Shown here: positions 10,068-20,822 of the stretch, piece after piece
How the letters are laid out: each line of letters begins with the position of its first letter
Numbering within the stretch: the stretch's first letter is position 1
Assembly: GCA_043797265.1 (NCBI GenBank)
Contig: JAZDPV010000012.1
Span: forward strand, 58,016 to 122,015
DNA length: 64,000 nt
Source: an archaeon
Lineage (GTDB): Archaea; Nanobdellota; Nanobdellia; Pacearchaeales; GW2011-AR1
Direction: 5' to 3'
Program-made: the position numbers and the translations under genes
Notes under the pieces: model-generated
What the model was told of the DNA's origin: nothing
Database searches by the model: none
Seen by the model: only the letters and a program-made list of their open reading frames with translations

Positions 10068-10787
10068 ATGACACTAAATTTAATCAGTCTCGGTATGAAT
10101 GCAAACTCTCTCACAGCCGAAGCCCTCGACGCGATAAAATCCTCAGACAAAATCTACCTCGAAAACTACACCGTCAACTTCCCCTACAAAATAAAAGACC
10201 TGAAAATAAAAGTCACGGAACTTTCAAGAGAACAAATTGAAAACGAATCAATCCTCAAAGAAGCAAAAACAAAAACAATTTCACTATTAGTTTACGGCGA
10301 CGCACTCTCAGCAACAACTCACATCCATCTAATCCTCGCCGCCAAAAAACAAAACATTCCATACAAAATTTTCCATAATGCCTCAATCCTAACCACCGTC
10401 GCTGAAACCGGACTCTCTCTCTATAAATTCGGCAAAACAACATCGATGCCAAACTGGGCAGAACACACCAACAAACCAAAATCCTTCGCAGACTACATCG
10501 CCCAAAACCAATCCATAAACGCCCACACACTCCTCTTAATCGACATCGGACTCAAAATCAAAGACGCAATTAACCAACTAAAACAATCAGCAAAAAATCT
10601 TCCAGAAAAAATTGTCCTGCTCTCAAACGCCGGCACGCAAAACCAAAAAATTTTCTACGATACTCCAAAAAATCTCACTACCACCTACCCTCTACCATCT
10701 ACTCCCTATTGCCTAATCATCCCAGCCGAACTGCACTTCTTAGAAGAAAAAGCGCTAAATGAATTCAAAACAAATCTTAATCATTAG
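10068..10787 (+). CDS. dph5: diphthine synthase
   Basis: LISLG, YLENYT, GDALSATTH, HNASI, GLSLYKFGKTTSMP, HTLLLIDI, LHFLEE. Confidence 0.95.
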   Translation: MTLNLISLGMNANSLTAEALDAIKSSDKIYLENYTVNFPYKIKDLKIKVTELSREQIENESILKEAKTKTISLLVYGDALSATTHIHLILAAKKQNIPYKIFHNASILTTVAETGLSLYKFGKTTSMPNWAEHTNKPKSFADYIAQNQSINAHTLLLIDIGLKIKDAINQLKQSAKNLPEKIVLLSNAGTQNQKIFYDTPKNLTTTYPLPSTPYCLIIPAELHFLEEKALNEFKTNLNH

Positions 10788-11517
10788 GCAAAACAATCAC
10801 CTGACAATCCGAATAAAACACATTCAAATCACTCCACTCCGAATGTAAATCGCCATCCCTGCCAATGCCCACTCCCGCAATCCCGTCACCTTTCGCAAAC
10901 CACGACCTTCTCCCTTCACACACAAAAATAGGCAATCCTTTTTTATCCACCTTATTAAACCTTCCATTCCCGCAAAAATATGAAAGTCTATCATCGTGAA
11001 GAATCTCAAATTTAGATAAATCACCGCCAATAGGTGCAACATTAATCCCATACCCTCCCTCCTCTGCAACCAACTCCAGCCCTGAAACTCTAAATGGAAA
11101 ACTAATCTCTTCCTTCTCTTCCTTTTCTCTCACCAACTGAACCACTCTCCCTAAAATCATAGCATTATAAGGACGAGTCAGCTCAATTTTCCTCACATCA
11201 AGACACGGATAAACAACACGATACCCTCCCCCAATCATCTCGCTCAACGGACTTCTATCCTCATCATAAGGCATCGCCACCCTCATCCCGCTCTTCCTCG
11301 CAATCTCATCCGCCAAAACCGCGACAAAAAAATTACAATCAGTTATTCTCCTCTCTCCTCCCTCATATCTAAATTTCTTCAAGCAATCCGGACTTCCCAA
11401 TTCCTTTATTCGTTCCTGCATCGCCCCATAAAACGCCCCCGCATCACACTCCTGAGGAAAACTCGAAAACACTTTCGAACTCTTCCGCTCAGCCCTCCGC
11501 AACCATTCCCCTATCAT
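10777..11517 (-). CDS. hypothetical protein
   Basis: ~250-aa ORF with no recognisable motif. Confidence 0.65.
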   Translation of the reverse strand: MIGEWLRRAERKSSKVFSSFPQECDAGAFYGAMQERIKELGSPDCLKKFRYEGGERRITDCNFFVAVLADEIARKSGMRVAMPYDEDRSPLSEMIGGGYRVVYPCLDVRKIELTRPYNAMILGRVVQLVREKEEKEEISFPFRVSGLELVAEEGGYGINVAPIGGDLSKFEILHDDRLSYFCGNGRFNKVDKKGLPIFVCEGRRSWFAKGDGIAGVGIGRDGDLHSEWSDLNVFYSDCQVIVLPND

Positions 11518-11567
11518 GCAAGACAACAAAGCCAACTATTTATAAATCTTCCCAACCTGATAAACCA

Positions 11568-11786
11568 ATGAAAAAAGAACTCATCGAAAAATTCGCCACA
11601 CTCATCACCGCCGCATTCGGTCTAATTACCGCCCTCGCTTGGAACTCCGCAGTCCAAAAAATCTTTCAGCAAATCTTCGGCGAACAAAGCTCAATCACAG
11701 CAATGCTAACCTACGCAATCCTCGTCACAATAATCGCAGTCCTCGCAACCCTCTGGATCGGCAGAATCTCCCAATCTAAAAAATAA
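11568..11786 (+). CDS. DUF5654-like two-TM protein
   Basis: LITAAFGLITALAWNSAV...YAILVT. Confidence 0.8.
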   Translation: MKKELIEKFATLITAAFGLITALAWNSAVQKIFQQIFGEQSSITAMLTYAILVTIIAVLATLWIGRISQSKK

Positions 11787-11825
11787 ATTCAATAATCTTA
11801 AATATCCTTCTCCCCAAACCAAACT

Positions 11826-14716
11826 ATGACATCAATCAATGAAACAGAAAAAGAAATTTTAACCTTCTGGAAAAAGGATAAGACATTTGAAAAATCACTA
11901 AAGAAAACCGAAAAAGGAAAACCCTATATCTTCTACGACGGCCCGCCATTCGCAACCGGTCTCCCGCACTACGGACACCTCCTCGCCTCGACGCTGAAAG
12001 ACGTCTTCCCAAGATTCTTCACGATGCAAAGCAGATACGTCAAACGAAACTGGGGATGGGACTGCCACGGACTCCCCGTCGAATCCATCGCTGAAAAAGA
12101 ACTCGGCATAAACTCAAAAAACGAAATCGAAAAAATGGGCGTCAAAAAATTCAACGACTTCTGCCGAACTAAAGTCCTAACCTACGCCGACGACTGGAAA
12201 AAATACATCGACAGAATCGGACGATGGGTCGACTTCGACGACGGCTACAAAACAATGGACACCAACTACATCGAATCGGTCTGGTGGGCATTCAAGCAAC
12301 TCTACGAAAAAGGATATTTATACGAAGGCGAAAAAATTCTGCTCTACTGCCCCCGATGTTCAACCCCGCTATCAAAATCCGAAATCGCAATGGACAACTC
12401 TTACAAAATAACAAAGGACACAACCGTCGTCGTAAAATTCCGCCTTCTGCCTACTTCTAGCGAAGCGGACTACCAGCGAAGCGGACTACCAGCGAAGCGG
12501 ACTTAAATTTTTCCGAAGGAAAAACTTACGCCCTCGCTTGGACAACAACCCCATGGACACTTCCCGGAAACCTCGCCCTCGCAGTCAATCCAAAAATGAC
12601 ATACGCATACATCAAAGACAAAAACGACGGCAACACCTATCTCCTCGCAAAAGAACTAATACAAAAATTCTACAAATCCAAAGACGAATACACAATCACC
12701 AAAGAAATCAAAGGCAAAGAACTCGAAGGACAAAAATACGAACCACTCTACCCCTACTTCAAAGACAACCCAAACTCTTTCAAATTCCTGCTCGGAGATT
12801 TCGTAACAGCCGAAGACGGAACCGGAATCGTCCACGTATCTCCAATGTTCGGCGAAGACGACAACACTATATGTCGAAAATATGAAATCCCCTTAGTAAA
12901 CCCCGTCGACGAAAACGGGAACTTCACAAAACTCGTAACCGACTACGCAAACAAATACATCCACGACACAAACGAGCAAATCGCAGCCGACCTCAAAAAA
13001 AATAACAAAGCAATCATGATAAAAAAAACGGAACACGAATACCCGTTCTGCTACCGATGCGACACAAAACTAATGTATCGCGCGCTCCCCGCTTGGTTCG
13101 TCGACATCCAAAAAATCAAAGACAAACTTCTAAAACTAAACCTCAAAATAAATTGGTTCCCAAAAAATCTCAAAGAAGGCCGAATGCAACACAACATATC
13201 AACCGCCCCCGACTGGAACATCACACGAAACAGATACTGGGCAACCGCAATCCCAATTTGGAAATCACCCTCGGGAAAAATAAAAGTTCTCGGCTCAATC
13301 AAAGAATTAGAAAAACTAACCCATAAAAAAATAACAGACTTGCATAAAGACACCTTGGATAAAATAAAATTATTCCAAGACGGAGAAACCTACACAAGAA
13401 TTCCCGAAGTCCTTGACTGCTGGTTCGAATCCGGCGCAATGACCTTCGCACAATTCCATTATCCATTTGAAAACAAAAAATATTTCGACGAACACTTCCC
13501 GGCTCAATTTGTCGTCGAATACATCGCACAAACCCGAGCATGGTTCTACTATATGATCGTCCTCTCCGCAATCCTCTTCGACAAAATCCCTTTCGAAAAC
13601 GTCCTGACAACCGGAACAATACTCGCGGAAGACGGACAAAAAATGTCAAAGTCCCTGAAAAATTACCCAGACCCTCTCGAAGTCATCAACAAATACGGGG
13701 CAGACACTCTGAGATTCTACCTCCTCCAATCTCCGCTAATGAACGCCGAAAACTTCAACTTCTCGGAAAAAGGCCTCGACGAAACATACAAGCGAATCAC
13801 AACCCTGCTCTACAACATCTCAAACTTCTATAAAGAATACCAGCAAGACGACGACAAAAATTATCAAAAATCAGACAACCCAATGGACAAATGGATAATC
13901 TCACGAACCGAAAACCTAAACACAACCATCCAAAAAAACCTCGAAAAATACGACACAATAAAAGCCTGCGCGCTCACAAAAAAATTCATAGACGACCTCT
14001 CGACATGGTACATCAGAAACTCCCGCGACAGATTCAACGACGACGACAAATCCGCAAGAAAAACATTAAGATACGTTCTTGAAAAAACAACAAAAATCCT
14101 CGCACCAATAATCCCATTCGCCACAGAAAAAATATACCAAGATATGAACGGCAAAAAAGAATCAGTCCACCTTCAAGACTACCCCAAGCCAAATCAAAAA
14201 CTAATAAACAAAAACCTCGAACAAGAAATGGAAATCGCAAGAGAAATAGTTTCAATCGCGCTAAAAGAAAGAGACAAAGCCCAAATCGGAATCAAGTGGC
14301 CACTCGCAAAAGCGCAAATCAAGGCACCAATAAAATTGACAAAAGAGCTCGCAGAAATAATAAAAAAAGAACTCAACATAAAAGAAATTGAAATTAAAAA
14401 CTTCAAAACCAATGAAACAATAACCGCAATCCTCGACACAAAAATAACTCCCGAACTCGAAGCCGAAGGATTTGCAAGAGAAATCTCAAGAAAAATCCAG
14501 GCAGCGCGAAAAAAAGCAGGACTATCAAAACCCGATTCAATCGAACTCGAAATAATATCAGAGTTCAGCGACAAAATAAAATCGCAACTCGACTTCATTC
14601 AAGAAAGAGTCGGAGCAAAAACAATCTCCCTCGACAAATCCAACAAGAAATTTAATCACTTTGAAGAAGGAAAAATAAAAGACAAACCCTTCACAATAAA
14701 ATTCAACAAAATTTAA
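11826..14716 (+). CDS. ileS: isoleucyl-tRNA synthetase, frameshifted at a 16-bp tandem repeat (12453-12500)
   Basis: DGPPFATGLPHYGH and GWDCHGLP in the first frame; AWTTTPWTLPGN, GTGIVH, WFESG, KMSKS in the -1 frame after the repeat. Confidence 0.95.
12453..12504 (+). repeat. 3 x 16-bp (ACTACCA-GCGAAGC-GG) array inside ileS
   Basis: acttctagcgaagcgg actaccagcgaagcgg actaccagcgaagcgg actt. Confidence 0.95.
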
Positions 14717-14798
14717 CAGCGTCGGTAAAACATTTTCACCCCTTGTTTCCAAAACAATTTGAAGAAACATTTAAATACTATTCAACACTAAAACACTT

Positions 14799-15605
14799 AT
14801 GATAGTCAAAGAGGAATTTTTAAGTCGGCTAAGAAAAATATTCGACCTAAATCTCTACGAGGTAAAGGTTTGGACAGCACTCCTATCCAGAGGAACCTCG
14901 ACAGCCGGCGAACTCTCATCAATCTCCGACGTCCCGCGCTCCCGAACATACGACATCCTGGAGTCCCTCGAGAAAAAAGGATTCATCGTGATGAAACTCG
15001 GCAAGCCAATAAAATTCGTCGCGCTAAAACCAGAAGAAGTAATTGAACGGGTAAAAAAGAATCTCGTGATAACCGCAAGAGAAAAATCAAAAATTTTAGA
15101 AAAACTAAAAGGCAACGATGTTCTCGAAGAATTAAAAAGTTTATTCACAGACGGAATTAAATACATTGAACCTACCGACCTGTCTGGCGCGCTCAAAGGA
15201 CGACAAAATATTTACAACCATTTGGACATGCTCGTCAGGGAAGCACAAAACGCAATCACGCTCGTGACAACCGCAGACGGACTAAGCCGAAAACTTGAAA
15301 TCCTCTTGCCGTCATTGGAAAAAGCAAAAAAGCGAGGCGTAACAATTCGAATCGCCGCACCAATCACCGAAGACAACAAGCAAGTCGCAAAAGATTTTGC
15401 AAAAGTAGCCGAAGTCCGAAATGTCGAATCACTCCGGGCACGATTCATGATAATCGACAGCGAACAACTAATGTTCATGCTTCTAAACGACGAAGACGTC
15501 CACCCAACTTACGATTTGGGAGTATGGCTAAACACAAAATTTTTCGCCCAAGCCCTCGAACAACTTTTCGAAATCGCCTGGAACAATTTTAAGCAAGTTA
15601 AATAG
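14799..15605 (+). CDS. TrmB family transcriptional regulator
   Basis: LNLYEVKVWTALL..G.STAGELS.IS.VPRSRTYDILESLEKKG wHTH; PLD-like C-terminal domain. Confidence 0.92.
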   Translation: MIVKEEFLSRLRKIFDLNLYEVKVWTALLSRGTSTAGELSSISDVPRSRTYDILESLEKKGFIVMKLGKPIKFVALKPEEVIERVKKNLVITAREKSKILEKLKGNDVLEELKSLFTDGIKYIEPTDLSGALKGRQNIYNHLDMLVREAQNAITLVTTADGLSRKLEILLPSLEKAKKRGVTIRIAAPITEDNKQVAKDFAKVAEVRNVESLRARFMIIDSEQLMFMLLNDEDVHPTYDLGVWLNTKFFAQALEQLFEIAWNNFKQVK

Positions 15606-15684
15606 TTCTAACATTAACCATCCTCAAATCTATACAACAAGCAAGGATAAATACATTTTTATAACAAATAACCTATAAGACAAT

Positions 15685-16197
15685 ATGAAATTCATATTTA
15701 AAAATAATAATCCGCAACCCCAAGAAAAAGAAATACCATTAATTTGGGAAAAAAATGAACCAAAAATTATTAAAAATATTTATCAAATAACGGGCTTAAA
15801 ATTAAAAACAAACAAAATAATTTGTACAATCGATAATTCAACTTCTCACGGACTTTATGGATACAAAAATATAACACTTGGAATAAAAGGAGGAATCACT
15901 AAAGACGATATACTTATGGTAATTACCCATGAACTTTTTCATATTTTTTATTGGGGAAAAATTAGAAAAATAAAATTATCAAAAGGGTTCCTCGGCAAAG
16001 AAACAAAAAAAGAATGGGAACTCGCAGAAATAACCGCCTTTTTTATAACAAGCGAACCAAAACTAAAAAAATTTTGGCCAAATGCAAAAGTATATCTTTA
16101 CCCTGAGACCAAAGAACTATATAAAAAAGTAAAAAGATTTTGGAAGAAAAAAGATTTTGAATATTTTTTGAAAAATTCATATAAGCAAGTCAAATAA
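15685..16197 (+). CDS. AT-rich hypothetical protein with HExxH motif
   Basis: ITHELFH, followed later by ELAE; 3' end duplicates the TrmB 3' end. Confidence 0.7.
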   Translation: MKFIFKNNNPQPQEKEIPLIWEKNEPKIIKNIYQITGLKLKTNKIICTIDNSTSHGLYGYKNITLGIKGGITKDDILMVITHELFHIFYWGKIRKIKLSKGFLGKETKKEWELAEITAFFITSEPKLKKFWPNAKVYLYPETKELYKKVKRFWKKKDFEYFLKNSYKQVK

Positions 16198-17850
16198 TTA
16201 CATCTCCTCCAACGTCTCAATCCCCAACAATCCCAAACCCTTTCCCAAAACTTCTTTAAATTTAGAAACAATCGCCAATCTAAAACCTTCCTCCCTCGAA
16301 TCAATCACCGGACACGAATGATAAAACTCATTAAACAGCGTCGCCAACTCAAAACAATAATTCGCAACCAAATTCGGCGCCAAATTCTCGTAAGCCCTCT
16401 CGACAACCTCGCCAAAAAAATCAATCTTCTTCAACAACTTAACCTCAACATCCTCAAGCTTACTGAAACCTGAAACCCGAAACCCGAAACCTCGTCGATT
16501 TTTCAAAATCGACGACGCCCTCGCATACGAATACAAAAGATACGGCCCCGTATCTCCTTCAAAACTCAAAAACTTATCAGCATCAAAAACCATGTTGTTC
16601 TCCCGGGAATTTTTCAAGTCACCATAAAAAATCGCCGCCAACGCAATCTTCCGAGCCCTCAAACCCAACTCTCTCGATGACAATTTCCCTCTCTCTAACA
16701 AACTCTTCTTCGCCTTCTCAACAACCTCATTAAAAATATCCTTCATAAAAATCGTTTTCCCGCTCCTCGTCGCCAACTTTTTCCCGTCGCTGCCCAAATA
16801 TAATCCATGCGAAACATGAACACAATCCTTCGCCCACTCATATCCCATCTTTTCAAGAACTCTAAAAAATTGTTTGAAATGCAAACTCTGCTCGCATCCC
16901 ACTTCATAAATCATTCTATCAAAATTATACTTCTCCTTCCTATCAATCGCCGCCGCCAAATCTCTCGTCGCATAAAGCGAAGTCCCGTCGCTCTTCTCGA
17001 TTAAAACAACCCCTAAATTCTCGCCAGCCAAATCAACAATCTCCGCCCCCTCGTTTTTCTTCAGTAACTTCTTCTTCCGCAACTCATCAACGACCACACC
17101 CATCTTATCATTATAAAAACTCTCCCCAGAAACAACATCAAACTTAACCCCAAGCAAATTATAAATCTCATTAAACTCCCCCAACGACAATTTCCTAAAC
17201 CTCTTCCACAATCTCACATTCTCAGCGTCGCCATTCTCCAATTTCCTAAACTCCTCTCGCGCCGCATCCTCAAATTCACCGGCACTCGCCAGAACATACA
17301 AATCATACAAATGTTCAACCGGACTCTTCTTCAACTTCTCCTCGCTACCCCATTTCTTAAAACCAAAAATCACTTTCCCAAACTGCGTCCCCCAATCCCC
17401 GAGATAATTAATCTTCACGACCTCAAACCCATTCGCCTCGCAAATTTTCCCAATAGAATTCCCGATAATCGTCGACCTCAAATGTCCAATCCCAAACGGC
17501 TTCGCAATATTCGGCGACGACATATCAATCACAATTTTCCCCATTTTCTTCGCAACTCTTTTCTTCTCCGTAAAAACTTTTTTCGCCAAAACTTTCTTAT
17601 CAATAAAAAAATTCACATAAGCCCCGCGCGAATCAACATTTGAAATCCCCGTCGGCAAATCTTTCTTAATCTTCTCTGCAACATCCTTCGCAACAATCAA
17701 CGGATTTTTCTTCACCGACTTCGCCAACTCAAAACACGGAAAAGCAAAATCCCCCATCTCATCCTTCGGCGGAACCTCGACCAATTTCGCAACTTCACCC
17801 TCGGACAAACCAACTTCCCTTGCCAACAAGCCAATAACAACTTCCTTCAT
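16198..17850 (-). CDS. argS: arginyl-tRNA synthetase
   Basis: SSPNIAKPFGIGHLRST, NYLGDWGTQFG, KSDGTSLYATRD, GDTGPYLLY, C-terminal EEM. Confidence 0.97.
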   Translation of the reverse strand: MKEVVIGLLAREVGLSEGEVAKLVEVPPKDEMGDFAFPCFELAKSVKKNPLIVAKDVAEKIKKDLPTGISNVDSRGAYVNFFIDKKVLAKKVFTEKKRVAKKMGKIVIDMSSPNIAKPFGIGHLRSTIIGNSIGKICEANGFEVVKINYLGDWGTQFGKVIFGFKKWGSEEKLKKSPVEHLYDLYVLASAGEFEDAAREEFRKLENGDAENVRLWKRFRKLSLGEFNEIYNLLGVKFDVVSGESFYNDKMGVVVDELRKKKLLKKNEGAEIVDLAGENLGVVLIEKSDGTSLYATRDLAAAIDRKEKYNFDRMIYEVGCEQSLHFKQFFRVLEKMGYEWAKDCVHVSHGLYLGSDGKKLATRSGKTIFMKDIFNEVVEKAKKSLLERGKLSSRELGLRARKIALAAIFYGDLKNSRENNMVFDADKFLSFEGDTGPYLLYSYARASSILKNRRGFGFRVSGFSKLEDVEVKLLKKIDFFGEVVERAYENLAPNLVANYCFELATLFNEFYHSCPVIDSREEGFRLAIVSKFKEVLGKGLGLLGIETLEEM

Positions 17851-17911
17851 GCAACACCATAGCAAAATCAATTTATTAAACTTTTGAAACCCTACGGGTT
17901 AAAACATATCC

Positions 17912-17985
17912 ACTTCCAGCATCGACAAAGTCGACGCGAACTTCCAGAAAAATCAAGGATTTTCGAACTACCAGCGAAGCGGACT
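17912..17985 (+). repeat. heptamer/hairpin-cassette array
   Basis: acttcca+gcatcgacaaagtcgacgc, acttcca+gaaaaatcaaggattttc, actacca+gcgaagc. Confidence 0.85.
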
Positions 17986-17989
17986 GAAA

Positions 17990-19867
17990 TTAAAAAATCG
18001 CCCAATGATTTTTTAATTTCTGCTCCCTGTCCAAAACACTCCCCCTCTTGTTAATCCTCGGCCTCCCACTCTCTTTATCTTTTCTCAAAGTAATATCCAA
18101 ACTTTTCAACAATTCACCAACCCCATCTTCAAAATTCCTAACCTCACTCGCCTCACAAACCCCAACTCTTTTCTTTAATTCGTGTTCATTCGTGTTCATT
18201 CGTGAGCCCTTACTTTCTCCGTCCATCCGCGAGCCGACCTCAGAAAAATTAATAATCAAATCCGCCAAATACGAAACCAACAACAAATCGTGCTCGACGA
18301 CAAACGCCGTCTTTCCCCTCTCGACCATCACATCCTTAATCGCCTTCGCAACCAAAATCCTCTCCTCAACATCCAGATAAGCCGACGGCTCGTCCAAAAA
18401 ATAAACATCCGCGTCCTTCGCCAAACATCTCGCAACGCTAAATCTCTGCAACTCCCCGCCAGACAATTCCCTCAATTTCTTCCCAACCAAAACCCCAAGA
18501 TTAAACACCGACGACAATTTCTTATTTATCTTCTCCCTAAAAACAATATCCCGAACAAACTCCTCGCTCTCGCTAAACAAATACTGCGACTTATAAGAAA
18601 TATCCAAACCTAAATCAAGTCCGTGTTTGTCCGTGTTTGTCCGTGTGCTATTTTTCTTACCACCAAGTCGTTCAGATATCTCCACATCACAAGAACAATT
18701 TTCATCGAGCTCGCCCACCAGCGCCCGCACAAATGACGTCTTCCCCGTTCCATTCTTTCCCAAAATCCCAATCACATGATTCTCCCTAATTTCCCCACCC
18801 TTCACATTTAACTCAAACCCCGAATCAAATCTCAAATTAAAATCAGGCCACTCCCCGATTTTTCCCCCAGACACCGACGCATTTTTCGTAAAATTAAAAT
18901 TCAATTCCTTATCCCGAATCAATAAATTCTCCTCTTTCAAAAATCCCTTCAGATAAGCATTAACACCTTCCCTCGAACTCTTGACCCCACTCACCGTCCC
19001 GAAAACTCCCTGCGCCCCATAAAACACATTTAAATAATCCGTCAAATAATCCAGCACCAACAAATCATGCTCGACGACAATCACCGTCTTATCTCGACCA
19101 ATCTCCTTGATAAAATCCGAAACTCTCAATCTCTCTCCAATATCCAAAAACGCCAACGGCTCGTCGAAAAAATAAATATCAGCGTCGCCCAAACTCGCCG
19201 CCAAAATCGCAACTCTCTGCAACTCACCACCGCTAAGCTTGTCCATCCTATTCCCCAAAATATTCTCGACATTCAACTTCTTCGCTAATTCCCTAATTTC
19301 TTTTTTGTCCCCACGATTCTCCAACAACTCCATCACACCAATGTCCTTCGCCAACACCGACAAATTCTGCGGCTTATACGAAACCTTCTTGTCTCCAAGT
19401 AAATCAAAATATTTCTGCAACTCACTCCCCTTGAATTTCCCAACATCAATTTCTATATTTCCAGACAAAATTTTTACAGCAGTCGATTTCCCAATCCCAT
19501 TCCTCCCGAGCAAACCCAAAACTTTCCCAACCTTAGGAATAGGCAAACCATACAACGCAAACCCATTCGCCCCATATCGATAAACCAAATCTTCCTCACT
19601 CACCGACGGCAAATTCACAATATCAATCGCACCCAACGGACATCGCTTCACACAAATCGCGCACCCAACACAACTTTTCTCATCAATAACACACTTGCCC
19701 GATGAAGGTGGCACCTTGGTGCCCTCTATAGAGGGTATGCCGCGTGCGGCGCTACCAATAACGACGCAACTATCAGACTCCTTCTTCTCAACCGGACAAT
19801 ATTTCTTACACTCGCGCCCGCACACCGTCGGCTTACATTTCTCCCGATGAACAATCGCCAATCTCAT
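17990..19867 (-). CDS. ABCE1/RLI ribosome recycling ATPase
   Basis: N-terminal Fe-S Cys motifs (CKP..C..EC..YCP; CVGCAICVKRCP); two ABC domains (NGIGKST, NGTGKTS, LSGGELQR). Confidence 0.96.
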   Translation of the reverse strand: MRLAIVHREKCKPTVCGRECKKYCPVEKKESDSCVVIGSAARGIPSIEGTKVPPSSGKCVIDEKSCVGCAICVKRCPLGAIDIVNLPSVSEEDLVYRYGANGFALYGLPIPKVGKVLGLLGRNGIGKSTAVKILSGNIEIDVGKFKGSELQKYFDLLGDKKVSYKPQNLSVLAKDIGVMELLENRGDKKEIRELAKKLNVENILGNRMDKLSGGELQRVAILAASLGDADIYFFDEPLAFLDIGERLRVSDFIKEIGRDKTVIVVEHDLLVLDYLTDYLNVFYGAQGVFGTVSGVKSSREGVNAYLKGFLKEENLLIRDKELNFNFTKNASVSGGKIGEWPDFNLRFDSGFELNVKGGEIRENHVIGILGKNGTGKTSFVRALVGELDENCSCDVEISERLGGKKNSTRTNTDKHGLDLGLDISYKSQYLFSESEEFVRDIVFREKINKKLSSVFNLGVLVGKKLRELSGGELQRFSVARCLAKDADVYFLDEPSAYLDVEERILVAKAIKDVMVERGKTAFVVEHDLLLVSYLADLIINFSEVGSRMDGESKGSRMNTNEHELKKRVGVCEASEVRNFEDGVGELLKSLDITLRKDKESGRPRINKRGSVLDREQKLKNHWAIF

Positions 19868-19901
19868 AAAAATAAATAGAATCATTCAGTTTTAAGTTTA
19901 C

Positions 19902-20231
19902 CTAAATCTCTATCCCCGTTTCAACCGCTTCTCTCACAATCGTAACCTGATTTTTCAATCTGTCAAATTCTTCAGGAGTATAACACAAAAAATCAACCGG
20001 AAGCCCAATATCCGTTTTCAAATGCCATTCCAAATACAAATCCGGCGACCTCTTGAACGAACTCACTCCTTCAAACTTTTTACTTACTATTATCAAATCT
20101 ACATCACTATCCTCGTGTGGTTTCCCCGACGCCCTGCTTCCAAAAAAAATAATTTTCTCAGCACCATACTTTTTAGAAATTTTATTCTTAAACCTCTTTA
20201 ATTTTTTTATCAAAGATTCTTTTTTACCCAT
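19902..20231 (-). CDS. minimal nucleotidyltransferase (MNT) antitoxin
   Basis: FGSRA.G....DSDVDL, VDFLCYTPEEF. Confidence 0.9.
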   Translation of the reverse strand: MGKKESLIKKLKRFKNKISKKYGAEKIIFFGSRASGKPHEDSDVDLIIVSKKFEGVSSFKRSPDLYLEWHLKTDIGLPVDFLCYTPEEFDRLKNQVTIVREAVETGIEI

Positions 20232-20581
20232 TTCAAAACCTCCTCGGCAAACTCAACAATTTTATTACACTCCTCCGCAGAATAAACTCCTCCATTGTCC
20301 GGGTATCTAATTGCAGTATAAACCGGATTTATCAAAGAACATAATTTTATTATTTCACTCGGCGCACCTGCCAATTTAGCAAGCTCAATCAAATCATGAA
20401 TTTTAGGAAACTGACTACTCTTCTTTATTAAAATTGCCTTAAACGCTTTCTCTGCAGACTGTTGAGCAAAAAACACCGCAGCATCAAGCATACTGCCATC
20501 CAAATTGTACTTAGCAATCTTCATATCGCTATCGGACTTTTCAATCCACTTCCGAAAACTTTCATCTTCTTGCCATACCAT
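20210..20581 (-). CDS. HEPN domain toxin
   Basis: AVFFAQQSAEKAFKA, KIHDL..L, IRYP. Confidence 0.9.
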   Translation of the reverse strand: MVWQEDESFRKWIEKSDSDMKIAKYNLDGSMLDAAVFFAQQSAEKAFKAILIKKSSQFPKIHDLIELAKLAGAPSEIIKLCSLINPVYTAIRYPDNGGVYSAEECNKIVEFAEEVLKWVKKNL

Positions 20582-20605
20582 AACAACTAAAAATAAAACT
20601 CATAT

Positions 20606-20680
20606 TTAAAACTTCTTACAACCCACACGCCGCCAGCTTACATTCCTCCTTATGAACAATCGCTAACTTCATAAAAAGCA
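20606..20680 (-). pseudogene. degenerate duplicate of the ABCE1/RLI 5' end
   Basis: Encodes MKLAIVHKEECKLAACG versus RLI MRLAIVHREKCKPTVCG. Confidence 0.85.
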
Positions 20681-20716
20681 AACAAAAAATAATTTTATAA
20701 ACCCACCAACACCCCA

Positions 20717-20822
20717 AGCGGCGAAGCCACCCCGTATCCAAAAACGAAGTTCTCCAAATGGCTCCTATCCCAAAATTGCCCCCTCAATTCCTAACAGCTA
20801 ATAGCTAATAGCTAATAGCTAA
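20717..20822 (+). repeat. degenerate hairpin-head element followed by (GCTAATA)n heptamers
   Basis: gcggcgaagcc...aacgaagttctccaaa, then ctaacagctaatagctaatagctaatagcta. Confidence 0.7.

Noticed and set aside
12461-12506. Programmed -1 ribosomal frameshift in ileS
   Set aside because: No X XXY YYZ slippery site in the overlap before the stop; repeat copy number explains the shift
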